Below, piece by piece: positions 1 through 7,859 of a DNA stretch of 20,336 bases. Source of the stretch: Nitrososphaerota archaeon (GTDB taxonomy: Archaea; Thermoproteota; Nitrososphaeria; Nitrososphaerales; UBA57); assembly GCA_013378385.1 (NCBI GenBank), contig JACAFS010000015.1, forward strand, positions 1-20,336, written 5' to 3'. The notes beneath the pieces are model-generated. The model saw only the letters and a program-made list of their open reading frames with translations. It had not been told where the DNA came from and made no database searches. A program made the position numbers and the translations under genes. The first letter of the stretch is position 1. Every line of letters starts with the position of its first letter.

Positions 1-228
1 GCAGCTCCAAAGCGTAAGGCAGCAAAGAAGAAAGCAGCTCCAAAGCGCAAGGCAGCGAAACGTAAAGCAGCTCCAAAGCGCAAGGCAGCAAAGAAGAAAG
101 CAGCTCCAAAGCGCAAGGCAGCGAAACGTAAAGCAGCTCCAAAGCGCAAGGCAGCAAAGAAAGCAGCTCCAAAGCGCAAGGCAGCGAAACGTAAAGCTCC
201 TAAACGAAAAGCAGCTAAACGCAAACGT
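1..228 (+). repeat. In-frame tandem repeat with a 33-nt unit in alternating A/B subtypes (a 66-nt higher-order unit). There are about 7 copies, the last degenerate.
   Basis: The units at 34-66, 100-132 and 163-195 are identical (gcagctccaaagcgcaaggcagcgaaacgtaaa). The units at 1-33, 67-99 and 133-162 are the aagaagaaa variant, one of them 3 nt shorter. 196-228 is a diverged copy. Confidence 0.9.
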
Positions 229-231
229 TAG
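1..231 (+). CDS. 3' end of a CDS entering from the left edge. It encodes a highly basic Lys/Ala/Pro-rich repeat tail (AAPKRKAAKK/AAPKRKAAKRK units) and ends at TAG 229-231.
   Basis: Frame 1 is open from base 1 to TAG at 229-231. The translation is AAPKRKAAKKKAAPKRKAAKRK... repeated and ends ...KRKAPKRKAAKRKR*. It is absent from the ORF track because there is no start codon in the window. The composition resembles histone H1 / HU-tail type nucleic-acid-binding tails. Confidence 0.6.
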   Translation, partial: AAPKRKAAKKKAAPKRKAAKRKAAPKRKAAKKKAAPKRKAAKRKAAPKRKAAKKAAPKRKAAKRKAPKRKAAKRKR

Positions 232-280
232 TTTAATCTATACATTAAATTAATTTCGTGTTTCTTGGTAGTATTCTAAA

Positions 281-297
281 TTTTTTTATTTTTTTTT
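281..297 (+). terminator. Oligo-T tract, a possible archaeal intrinsic termination signal for the + strand repeat-protein gene.
   Basis: T7 then A then T9 (tttttttattttttttt), 50 nt after the TAG stop. Archaeal RNA polymerase terminates at oligo-T runs. Confidence 0.4.
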
Positions 298-299
298 AA

Positions 300-1709
300 T
301 TATTCTGACTTAGACTTCTTTATGAACGAATGAACTGATTTATCTAAACTTACTAATGCGGCTTCAAATAATGCTTCCGTTAATGTTGGATGTGGATGAA
401 TTGAACTTTCTATATCTTCAATTTTCATTCCAATATTTAAGCCCAGTACTCCTTCACTGATCAATTCTGACGCATTTTTCCCCACTATATGAACTCCTAA
501 AACCTCATGAGTACTGTTATCCACGACTACTTTCGCAAATCCTTTACCATCATCTGATGTCAATGCTCTGGCATTTGCTGCAAATTGGAATTTTCCCACA
601 CGAATATCATATTTCTGTTCCAATGCACTCTCTTCAGTCAATCCCACCGACGCTATTTCAGGTTCAGTATAAACTGCATAAGGAATATTCTTTATTTGTA
701 TATTTGCTGGAATTTTTGCAATATGATAAGCAAGTTTTCGTCCCTGCATGTATGCTTTATGAGCTAACCATGGAGGTCCTACTACATCCCCAATTGCAAA
801 TACATTTGAAACGTTTGTCTGCATTTTATCATCTACTTGTATGAATCCATTACTGTTGAATTTTATACCAATCTCTTCTAGTCCTAACTTCTCAACATTT
901 GCGCGTCTACCAACTGCCACTAATACCTTCTCAAACTTCTCATTTGATACATTGTCATTATTTTTTATACTCACAATAACTTCAGATTCTTTACTGATCT
1001 CTGTAATTCTTGAATTCAACAAAACCTTTATTCCAATTTTATCTGCTGATCTCTCAACAACATTTACTAAATCTTGTTCAATACCGGGTAAAAGTTTGTC
1101 AGTTATTTCTATAATTGTTACATGTGTTCCAAATTTTGCCAATGCGGTTCCTAATTCTAATCCTATGGCTCCACCTCCAACTATTAACATTGATTTTGGA
1201 ACTTTATCTAAATCCAATACATCCTTTGCCGAAATAATTTGATTACCGTCAAATCTTAAATCTTCTAAATCTTTTGCACGCGAACCCGTCGCAATTATTA
1301 TATATTCTGTAGAAATTTCTTTCTTATTCTCTCCGCTTGTGACCTCGACTAAATTTGGGTTTCTTATTTTAGCGGTTCCAAAAACAACTTCAACTCCATA
1401 ATTTTTACATAATAGATCTATACCCCCTCTTAATTTTTTTGTAATAGAATTCTTCCACGTTTGAAATGTCTCTAAATCTACTGTTACTGATTCGAATTCT
1501 ATTCCTTGTGTGGATAAATCAGGCATTTTATGGTACATATCACTCGTATTGATCATAGTTTTCGATGGTATACATCCATAATTCAAACATTCTCCACCAA
1601 GTTTATCATTTTCAATTAATGCTACTTTCTGACCTAACTGTGATAATTTTATAGCAGTTAGATAACCTCCTGGACCTGCCCCTATCACAACAACTTGAAA
1701 TTCAGCCAA
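300..1709 (-). CDS. lpd: Dihydrolipoyl (dihydrolipoamide) dehydrogenase, an FAD/NAD pyridine nucleotide-disulfide oxidoreductase.
   Basis: N-terminal FAD fold VVVIGAGPGGY, redox-active disulfide GGECLNYGCIPSK, second Rossmann motif LIVGGGAIGLE, and the C-terminal His-Glu signature HPHPTLTE. The start codon is TTG at 1709-1707. Confidence 0.9.
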   Translation of the reverse strand: MAEFQVVVIGAGPGGYLTAIKLSQLGQKVALIENDKLGGECLNYGCIPSKTMINTSDMYHKMPDLSTQGIEFESVTVDLETFQTWKNSITKKLRGGIDLLCKNYGVEVVFGTAKIRNPNLVEVTSGENKKEISTEYIIIATGSRAKDLEDLRFDGNQIISAKDVLDLDKVPKSMLIVGGGAIGLELGTALAKFGTHVTIIEITDKLLPGIEQDLVNVVERSADKIGIKVLLNSRITEISKESEVIVSIKNNDNVSNEKFEKVLVAVGRRANVEKLGLEEIGIKFNSNGFIQVDDKMQTNVSNVFAIGDVVGPPWLAHKAYMQGRKLAYHIAKIPANIQIKNIPYAVYTEPEIASVGLTEESALEQKYDIRVGKFQFAANARALTSDDGKGFAKVVVDNSTHEVLGVHIVGKNASELISEGVLGLNIGMKIEDIESSIHPHPTLTEALFEAALVSLDKSVHSFIKKSKSE

Positions 1710-1720
1710 TTCTCACACAT

Positions 1721-3400
1721 CTAGTTTTTATCAATATAACTATATGAATAAATCGAATATACCAATACAAGTGCCGATATTAGTACAAATAAAAACTGAT
1801 TTACACTCAATTCACTATTCCAATTCTGCTCATTATCATCTAATGTCTCAATAGCAACTCCATCTTCTAAAATAATTCTCTTGATATATTGTTTCCCAGT
1901 TAATGGATTAAGATAATTCTCTACAGGGGCAAAGTTGTCCTCCAAAACTTTGTAAGAATCAAATTCTAAAACTCCTTTGTACTCTTTTTCTATTTCTTCT
2001 GATAAATCTACTTCAATATTCTCTTGACGTGATAACAACTCAAACTTTGTAACTCTGCTTTCTTTATTTTGAGCAACTACAATTATATTCTGTATTACTT
2101 TTTCTTGTTCTGATACAACAGGGTATATATGAATATTAGAATAAACACTATCCATAGTTTTTAATTCAGATAAAAACAAAGTTGCTGAATCACCATCTAT
2201 TGAAGTAATGATGTTAGAAATCAATACGCCGTCATCTGTCAAATGATCTGATACTAATTGATGAAATTCTCTCGTCATTAAATGAAAAGGAACATAAGTT
2301 TTATCATATGCATCCAGTACAATGATATCGTATTTCTTATCTGTCTTTCTAAGAAAGATCCGACCATCATCGGTAGTTATTTCAAGACGTTCATCTTGTT
2401 GAACAAAAAAGAACTCTTCTCCCGCACTAACAACGTCTTTGTCAATCTCAACGACATCAATATTCATTTCCGGATAATCTGCATGAAACTTCTTTGGCGC
2501 TGAAAAACCCCCACCTCCAATAAACAAAACGTCTTGTGCATCATTTGTGAATAATAGCCCTAAATGAAAATATTTAGTATATTCATACACTATTCTATGC
2601 CTATCCTCTAAATCCATTGCACTGTGGAAATTATTATCCAAAATTAATGTTCGTATATTGGTTACCGAATCATCATGTACTAGTAATCTATGATATTGCG
2701 TGTCTTTTTCAAATACTATTCCTGCCAACGGCGCCTGTACAAATACTGCAGAATACATTGATATACAAATTAAAATTATTGCAATTACTTTGATTTGCTT
2801 AGAAATTCCCACGATTGCAGATATTATTAAAATTATACTGATTGAATATAATATTATATCCACACCTACTATTGGAACTAGAATAAATGTTGTCACAAAT
2901 GTTCCAAAAATACTTCCTACAGTTGATAATGAATACAAATTTCCTGCTGTTTGCCCAATTGTCTTCATCGATTTTGCACTTAATTTTATTGCAAAAGGAG
3001 TTACTGCACCTAACAAAAAAGCAGGAGCTAATAAAAACACGATACTAGAAATTAATGGCCCATATATTTCACCTATCTTAAATAACAAGATAATCTTGAA
3101 AATTTCTGCTGCTAATAATGTAGAAAGTAATGTATAACTTCCTGCGATAAAGATTAATAAAGAAAATGTTTGATACGAAGCTTTTTGATCAGATCTTTTT
3201 CCTCCGTAAGAATATCCAGCACTTAATCCAGTTAATGTAATGCCGATTAAACTGCCCCATACAAACATTGTGTTCCCAAAATATGGAGACATTAACCTAC
3301 TTCCAAGTAATTCCAAGCCCATTACAGATGCGCCGGATATGAACACCTGGAACCGCAATAAATAGAAAAAATATTTACTATTCGCTATATCATTTGACAT
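1721..3400 (-). CDS. Membrane-anchored spermidine-synthase-like (SpeE-fold aminopropyl/methyltransferase) protein. It has an N-terminal polytopic membrane domain and a C-terminal TM helix.
   Basis: About 220 aa of hydrophobic helices are followed by SpeE-like motifs: VLFIGGGGFSAPKKF, IDVVEIDKDVV, IIVLDAYDKTYVPFHLMTREF. The C-terminal segment FLFVLISALVLVYSIY is hydrophobic. The ORF opens with GTG at 3403, and the first ATG is at 3400. The GGGGFS motif lacks the acidic residue of the canonical SpeE GGGDGG. Confidence 0.7.
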   Translation of the reverse strand: MSNDIANSKYFFYLLRFQVFISGASVMGLELLGSRLMSPYFGNTMFVWGSLIGITLTGLSAGYSYGGKRSDQKASYQTFSLLIFIAGSYTLLSTLLAAEIFKIILLFKIGEIYGPLISSIVFLLAPAFLLGAVTPFAIKLSAKSMKTIGQTAGNLYSLSTVGSIFGTFVTTFILVPIVGVDIILYSISIILIISAIVGISKQIKVIAIILICISMYSAVFVQAPLAGIVFEKDTQYHRLLVHDDSVTNIRTLILDNNFHSAMDLEDRHRIVYEYTKYFHLGLLFTNDAQDVLFIGGGGFSAPKKFHADYPEMNIDVVEIDKDVVSAGEEFFFVQQDERLEITTDDGRIFLRKTDKKYDIIVLDAYDKTYVPFHLMTREFHQLVSDHLTDDGVLISNIITSIDGDSATLFLSELKTMDSVYSNIHIYPVVSEQEKVIQNIIVVAQNKESRVTKFELLSRQENIEVDLSEEIEKEYKGVLEFDSYKVLEDNFAPVENYLNPLTGKQYIKRIILEDGVAIETLDDNEQNWNSELSVNQFLFVLISALVLVYSIYSYSYIDKN

Positions 3401-3435
3401 CACTATTCATCTCTTAATCTAACTTGAAAAATCTT

Positions 3436-3819
3436 TTATTTACGCCTACTGGAACAAAGTGGACAGTCTTTTATCGTATGATTATTCTCCAATTCTTGGT
3501 GTAAATCATATATTATTCCTTGTTCACGAATAAATTTCAATGCAACTTCAAACTTCTCACCCACAATAATCTCACTACTTTCATTCATAATTGCATCAGC
3601 TATCTGTTCTGAATATGTTTGAATACGATTTGTGATTAAATACAATTCAATATTTCCCCTACTACGGTTCATATAATTACTAATTGTTGCCTGTGTAATA
3701 CCCATTTTTTTTGCAGATTGCTGCTGCGTTAATTCATATTTATCAATCAATATTTTTGCTACGGTTGTGCGTAGAAAAGGAATTACTGCTTGAGCCTCAA
3801 CCTCACTATGAAGAAGCAT
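3436..3819 (-). CDS. Small helix-turn-helix transcriptional regulator (XRE-like HTH) with a C-terminal CxxC.
   Basis: HTH-like segment LTQQQSAKKMGITQATISNYMNRSRG, with C-terminal DCPLCSSRRK. It is first in a co-directional trio with the SpeE-like and lpd genes. A TATA-like TATAAATA (reverse complement of 3841-3848) sits about 25 nt upstream of the ATG, which suggests a leaderless mRNA. Confidence 0.6.
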   Translation of the reverse strand: MLLHSEVEAQAVIPFLRTTVAKILIDKYELTQQQSAKKMGITQATISNYMNRSRGNIELYLITNRIQTYSEQIADAIMNESSEIIVGEKFEVALKFIREQGIIYDLHQELENNHTIKDCPLCSSRRK

Positions 3820-3883
3820 AGATATCTTGTATTTTTATACTATTTATAGAATCTGATAAAAAAATAATTCTAATACTATAACA

Positions 3884-3893
3884 ATTAAATAAC
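3884..3893 (+). promoter_or_regulatory. TATA-box-like element for the tRNA-Val gene.
   Basis: attaaataac is centred about 26 nt upstream of the tRNA 5' end at 3915, the typical archaeal TATA-to-TSS spacing. Confidence 0.4.
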
Positions 3894-3914
3894 TTTCTCC
3901 TTTCATCATATCAG

Positions 3915-4012
3915 GGGCGCGTCGTCTAGCCAGAGTTGATCAAACTCCTAGAATGGTTTAGGACATCGCCTTGACATGGCGAAGGTCCCCGGTTCAAATC
4001 CGGGCGTGCCCA
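3915..4012 (+). tRNA. tRNA-Val (anticodon GAC) carrying an insertion of about 22 nt (a putative non-canonical intron) in the D-loop.
   Basis: Hand-folded. The acceptor GGGCGCG (3915-3921) pairs with CGTGCCC (4005-4011) and has one G-U pair. The discriminator is A4012 and no CCA is encoded. The D-stem is GTCT/GGAC. The anticodon arm is TCGCC-TTGACAT-GGCGA, the variable loop is AGGTC, and the T-arm is CCCGG-TTCAAAT-CCGGG. The region between the D-stem strands is 33 nt instead of about 11. Removing about 22 nt (about 3932-3953) leaves the canonical D-loop AGCC(T/A)GGTTTA and a 76-nt tRNA. Confidence 0.85.
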
Positions 4013-4840
4013 CTATTTATTATAAGATGAAATAACATCCATAAACTTTCTTAATTTTTGTTTAATATCTTCTGATTCATATCTTAACAACCCGATAAAA
4101 TATTCACAACCAACTAATTCAAATTCATCGACTACTTTGTTTACATCATAAGATTCCATGTCTCTGTGATCATAGTAAGTTAAACAAATATCTTTTTTCG
4201 AAATTTCTTTAATATATCTTACACGCTCTGAATAATCTTTGGACGATATTCCTACAGGTATCCATGCCGATCCATACTCAGTCATTAATTTTAACATCTT
4301 ATTTCCAGTTGTACCAAACCATAATTCTGGAAATGGTTTCTGAATGGGCTTTGGCTGTAAAATCGCATTCTCAATCTTATAATATTTTCCACTAAAATTT
4401 ACTATCTCTCCTGTCCAAAGTTTTTTCATAATCTCTAATCCTTCCACAGTTTTTTCATAACGAACTTTTGATTCATCCCATGTACTGTATGCATCAAATT
4501 CTGGTTTGTGCCATCCTGCACCTACTCCTAGAATAACTCTACCGTCTGAAATGTTATCAACGGACGAAACAATCTTTGCTAATTGTTGTGGTGGTCGAAA
4601 AGGAATGGGTGTTACACATGTTCCAATTTTTATTTTTGTTGTGTTCGCAGCTATAAATGATAACAATGTCCATGCATCTATCGTGTTGTTGCTCTCGATA
4701 CCATACTTTTCTGGAAGCATATAATGATCCCATACCAATAAGGAAGAAACTCCCGCTTCTTCGATCAAAGGTAATATTTCTAGTAACTTGTTCTTCCAAT
4801 TCTTACCGATTGTAACAGGTATGGATAATCCAAATTTCAA
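4013..4840 (-). CDS. Luciferase-like monooxygenase (LLM) family oxidoreductase, probably F420-dependent.
   Basis: The N-terminus MKFGLSIP, the GRVILGVGAGW motif and a TIM-barrel LLM-type sequence throughout. TTG start at 4840. The stop abuts the tRNA 3' end. Confidence 0.75.
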   Translation of the reverse strand: MKFGLSIPVTIGKNWKNKLLEILPLIEEAGVSSLLVWDHYMLPEKYGIESNNTIDAWTLLSFIAANTTKIKIGTCVTPIPFRPPQQLAKIVSSVDNISDGRVILGVGAGWHKPEFDAYSTWDESKVRYEKTVEGLEIMKKLWTGEIVNFSGKYYKIENAILQPKPIQKPFPELWFGTTGNKMLKLMTEYGSAWIPVGISSKDYSERVRYIKEISKKDICLTYYDHRDMESYDVNKVVDEFELVGCEYFIGLLRYESEDIKQKLRKFMDVISSYNK

Positions 4841-4852
4841 TTTACTACACGC

Positions 4853-5323
4853 TCATATTAACCCGAATATGGATCCCTTTTTTTTAAAATAATTCTGATG
4901 ATAATCTTCTGCTTTATGATATTCTTTTATGGGCTGCACCTCAGTTACTATTGAATCATGAAACTTTCCTGATTCACCCATTTTAATCATCGAATCTCTT
5001 GCTAAATTCTCTTGTTCGTCATTAAAATAATATATGACAGAACGATATTGATGACCGACATCAGGACCTTGCCTATCTTTTGTAGTTGGATCATGACACG
5101 CCCAAAACACACTCAATAACTCTGAATATGTTACAACCTTCGGATCATAATCTATTTCAACTACTTCTGCATGGCCGGTGTTACCGGTACATACTTGTTC
5201 ATAACTCGGACTATTAGTATCTCCTCCAGAATAACCTACTGATGTCGATAACACACCTTTTACTTTGTTAAACCTGTCTTGAATATGCCAAAAACAACCT
5301 GCTCCAAAAACCGCTTTTTCCAA
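4853..5323 (-). CDS. msrA: Peptide-methionine (S)-S-oxide reductase MsrA.
   Basis: Catalytic GAGCFWHIQ (GCFW motif), then GYSGG, GHAEVV and DPTT..RQG.D.G.QYRS. TTG start at 5323. Confidence 0.9.
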   Translation of the reverse strand: MEKAVFGAGCFWHIQDRFNKVKGVLSTSVGYSGGDTNSPSYEQVCTGNTGHAEVVEIDYDPKVVTYSELLSVFWACHDPTTKDRQGPDVGHQYRSVIYYFNDEQENLARDSMIKMGESGKFHDSIVTEVQPIKEYHKAEDYHQNYFKKKGSIFGLI

Positions 5324-5395
5324 ATTATCACTTGTTGTTTTCTTGTATTTCCATCATATAATTTATTCGAAATATTTTCAATTAAATTTAGAACT

Positions 5396-6385
5396 ATGCA
5401 AAAATATAAAAGAAGTAATACGGCAATACAGTTGATAACAATGGGATATGATCCCTCTACTTACGAAAGAGCACCTGAAAAGGAAGAAAACACTTCAAAT
5501 AATACACAGAACACCGATGAGTCTAGTTCAGTGTCTCCGAAGATGGTTTTTGCCGTTGTTGGTTTGCTAATCGGCCTAGCACTTGGATATGGCGCTGCAC
5601 AATTATTTACAGATAACTCAGAACCTGTTCCTGTTGAAATTCCTATCGACAACTCAAATAATGACGAATTAAAAAAATTACAGACTAATCTCGATCAAGC
5701 AAATTCCGAAATTCTTCTTCTTGAAGGCAGATTGACTAGTTTTGATGAAACTAAAGATTTACTTGCGAAAACACAGAACAATCTCGATGAAATTAACAGA
5801 GAACTTCTAGAAAGTACAAATAAATTTAATACTTATGAAAAAACCATTGAAGATTTACAGAATGACCTCGCAGATATTCAAGCAGATCTTGCAAATGCAA
5901 ACGAAAGAATAAATGAATTATTAACCGTAGAAAGCCCACCAGCTGACCCTGCTGTGGCCGTGGATCCTGAACCTCCAGCACCGGCAGCAGACCCTGCACC
6001 AGATCCTGAACCTGAACCTGCAGCAGCAATCGACGAAAAAATTGCCTTAGGCGCAATCGACTTACTTTATGGCACATCATTAATTCCTATATCTGACCCA
6101 ACTCCTATCGGTGAGGCTATTTTAATTGAAACTGAAGCTACAAATATATCAGAAAATCGAGTAACCATTTCTTGGATTGCAATTATTACAAATATTGAAA
6201 CTGGTGAAATTAAAGAAGTATACGTTTTTAATATTCAATTAGATCCAGGAAAATCCTTTAAACTAGGTAATACTTGGACACCTGCCTCTGCTGGTCAATA
6301 TAATATTGAAGCATTTGCCGTCGATAATCTAACTGACAAAAACCCAATCTCATTAACTCAAAGTAAAGTTATTACAGTAGCATAA
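5396..6385 (+). CDS. Single-pass membrane protein with a coiled-coil stalk, a Pro/Glu/Ala-rich linker and a C-terminal beta-sandwich (CARDB-like) domain.
   Basis: TM helix MVFAVVGLLIGLALGYGAAQLF. Heptad-like segment ELKKLQTNLDQANSEILLLEGRL...DLQNDLADIQADLANANERINEL. Linker PPADPAVAVDPEPPAPAADPAPDPEPEPAAA. C-terminal LDPGKSFKLGNTWTPASAGQYNIEAFAVD resembles CARDB motifs. The track ORF from 5279 overlaps msrA, so I use the first ATG outside msrA (5396). ATG 5441 is an alternative start. Confidence 0.6.
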   Translation: MQKYKRSNTAIQLITMGYDPSTYERAPEKEENTSNNTQNTDESSSVSPKMVFAVVGLLIGLALGYGAAQLFTDNSEPVPVEIPIDNSNNDELKKLQTNLDQANSEILLLEGRLTSFDETKDLLAKTQNNLDEINRELLESTNKFNTYEKTIEDLQNDLADIQADLANANERINELLTVESPPADPAVAVDPEPPAPAADPAPDPEPEPAAAIDEKIALGAIDLLYGTSLIPISDPTPIGEAILIETEATNISENRVTISWIAIITNIETGEIKEVYVFNIQLDPGKSFKLGNTWTPASAGQYNIEAFAVDNLTDKNPISLTQSKVITVA

Positions 6386-6400
6386 GTTATCTAGATACTA

Positions 6401-6820
6401 ATGAATATAATTACCAAAGAAATTACTATTAAAACAAAACATGAAAATCAGATGATTGATTTATCTGAAGATATTAATAACGAACTTAAATCTTCAGGAC
6501 TTGAAACCGGAATAGTAACTATCTTTACTAGACATTCTACTGGAGCCATTACAACAATTGAATATGAACCAGGTCTAGAGAAAGACTTTCCTGCAATGTT
6601 AAAAAGAATTGCACCTGATGATATTTTCTATGAACATGAAAATACTTGGCATGATGGAAATGGACGTTCACATGTTAAAGCATCATTAATTGGTTCTAGT
6701 ATTACCGTTCCATTCAAAGATCAGAAACTATTGCTTGGTCAATGGCAACATGTTATCTTCCTTGAATGCAATATAGAGGGACGAGATAGACAACTTGTTT
6801 TTCAAATGATGGGAAATTAA
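6401..6820 (+). CDS. yjbQ: YjbQ/UPF0047 family protein (secondary thiamine-phosphate synthase-like).
   Basis: Family-typical VTIFTRHSTGAITTIEYEPGL, then DGNGRSHVKASLIGSS and LLLGQWQHVIFLE. Confidence 0.8.
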   Translation: MNIITKEITIKTKHENQMIDLSEDINNELKSSGLETGIVTIFTRHSTGAITTIEYEPGLEKDFPAMLKRIAPDDIFYEHENTWHDGNGRSHVKASLIGSSITVPFKDQKLLLGQWQHVIFLECNIEGRDRQLVFQMMGN

Positions 6821-6824
6821 TAAA

Positions 6825-7835
6825 CTATTTCTGAAAATTCTTTGCTAATTTTTTTGCAGCTTCTTCAGGTAAAATCTTATTCACCTGAATATTGGAAGAT
6901 ATTTCTAACCCAGTCTTTGTTTCTAATCTCGGATAAATCTCAATATGCCAATGAATTTGTTTCGATGTTTTCTTTTCTGGTGAAGAATGTACAACTAAAT
7001 TAAATGCAACTATTCCTAAAGTTTTAGTCAACGATTCTATGCTTTTATGAATTATTTCTGATAGCTCCGATATTCCTTTCTGGGTAAATTTTACAAAACT
7101 AACCTCGTGTTGACGCGGAAATATCCAATATTCATAGGGGTGTTTAGACGCCCAAGGCGCAAACATGACAAAATTCTCCGTTTTCCCTATAATACGTTTA
7201 CTAGATTCTTCCTCTTTTACTATCACGCACATTGGACAAATGCCTTTCTCTCTTAGTGGTTTCTTCATAAATTTTGCCTCAGCTTCAATTACCGGCGGAA
7301 CAGTAGGTAAACTTACAATCTGTAAATGGGGATGTTCAATTTCTGCACCTGCTTCCACTCCATGGTTCATGTACACTGCTACATATGAAACATGTTTTTG
7401 CGAGTACAACCAACGTGACTTGTCCTGTACTGTAGTTAGAATATTTGTCCATTGCTCACTACCTATTTCCGATACATCAATTGTATGCTTCTGACTCAAC
7501 ACTACAACATAATGATATCCTATTGCTGGTTCACTATACTGTGGATAATCACTAAATATTCTCTCCTCATCAGGACTAACAATCGCGTCTTTGTTTAAGA
7601 ATGCCCTTACCGTCCAATCCTTTACAAAACTCTCATCTTCATCTGCTAATTTTGCTAATGTACCTTCCTTTGAAATTAATACCAAATCTGCAGGGCCAGT
7701 TATGTGTTCGTTTCCAGGACAATATGGACAGTCTTTCTTTTTTACAACTTTCTTTAACTTCTTGATTTTATCAGGCTTTTCATTAGTAAACAAAACAAAA
7801 CTCTCAGAAAAATAGTCTTTTCGTACTTTTGACAA
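6825..7835 (-). CDS. galT: GalT-type HIT-superfamily nucleotidyltransferase (galactose-1-phosphate uridylyltransferase / ADP-glucose phosphorylase-like).
   Basis: Zn-site CPYCPGNE and the active-site HPHLQI (HxHxQ). It has two half-domains of the appropriate size. TTG start at 7835. Confidence 0.75.
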   Translation of the reverse strand: MSKVRKDYFSESFVLFTNEKPDKIKKLKKVVKKKDCPYCPGNEHITGPADLVLISKEGTLAKLADEDESFVKDWTVRAFLNKDAIVSPDEERIFSDYPQYSEPAIGYHYVVVLSQKHTIDVSEIGSEQWTNILTTVQDKSRWLYSQKHVSYVAVYMNHGVEAGAEIEHPHLQIVSLPTVPPVIEAEAKFMKKPLREKGICPMCVIVKEEESSKRIIGKTENFVMFAPWASKHPYEYWIFPRQHEVSFVKFTQKGISELSEIIHKSIESLTKTLGIVAFNLVVHSSPEKKTSKQIHWHIEIYPRLETKTGLEISSNIQVNKILPEEAAKKLAKNFQK

Positions 7836-7859
7836 ATTATTTCACCAATACTAACACGA

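Noticed and set aside
1-228. The regular 33-nt repeats at the window start could look like a CRISPR array or a satellite.
   Set aside because: The units are directly adjacent with no spacers, keep one open reading frame up to a stop codon, and encode a coherent Lys/Ala/Pro repeat. This is a coding tandem repeat, not a CRISPR array.
557-1242. Plus-strand ORFs 557-844, 585-767 and 841-1242, antisense to lpd.
   Set aside because: They lie wholly inside a strongly supported lpd CDS on the other strand. Their translations are low-complexity (Ser/Phe/Leu/Ile-rich) mirror-frame artefacts of AT-rich sequence.
2282-3137. Plus-strand ORFs 2282-2503 and 2700-3137, antisense to the SpeE-like gene.
   Set aside because: These are antisense shadows of a long, well-motivated CDS, with Ile/Asn-rich translations and no motifs.
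4506-4799. ORFs 4506-4724 (+) and 4557-4799 (-), inside the LLM oxidoreductase gene.
   Set aside because: They are alternative-frame or antisense ORFs nested in a CDS with clear family motifs, with no independent support.
3915-4840. The tRNA gene as an integration site for a genomic island, since the tRNA 3' end directly abuts the next gene.
   Set aside because: There is no integrase, no visible direct repeat of the tRNA 3' half elsewhere in the window, and the flanking genes (LLM oxidoreductase, msrA) are ordinary metabolic genes with the same composition as the rest.
4841-4855. msrA and the downstream LLM gene are in the same frame, separated only by TGA plus four codons. This could suggest stop-codon readthrough, a selenocysteine fusion or a split gene.
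   Set aside because: Both proteins are complete, unrelated families with normal termini. I see no SECIS-like structure, and the 12-nt gap is typical of the tight operon spacing seen across the window.
5279-5395. N-terminal extension of the 5279-6385 ORF (MNMPKTTCSKNRFF...).
   Set aside because: It overlaps the 5' end of msrA on the opposite strand and then runs through the divergent promoter region. The first ATG outside msrA (5396) gives a sensible protein.
5461-6080. Minus-strand ORFs 5461-5652 and 5826-6080.
   Set aside because: They are antisense to the membrane/coiled-coil protein gene. The second is the mirror image of the GC-rich Pro/Glu linker, hence its Leu/Gln/Arg-rich junk translation.
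7165-7815. Plus-strand ORFs 7165-7494 and 7591-7815, inside the galT-like gene.
   Set aside because: Antisense shadows of a CDS with clear HIT/GalT motifs.
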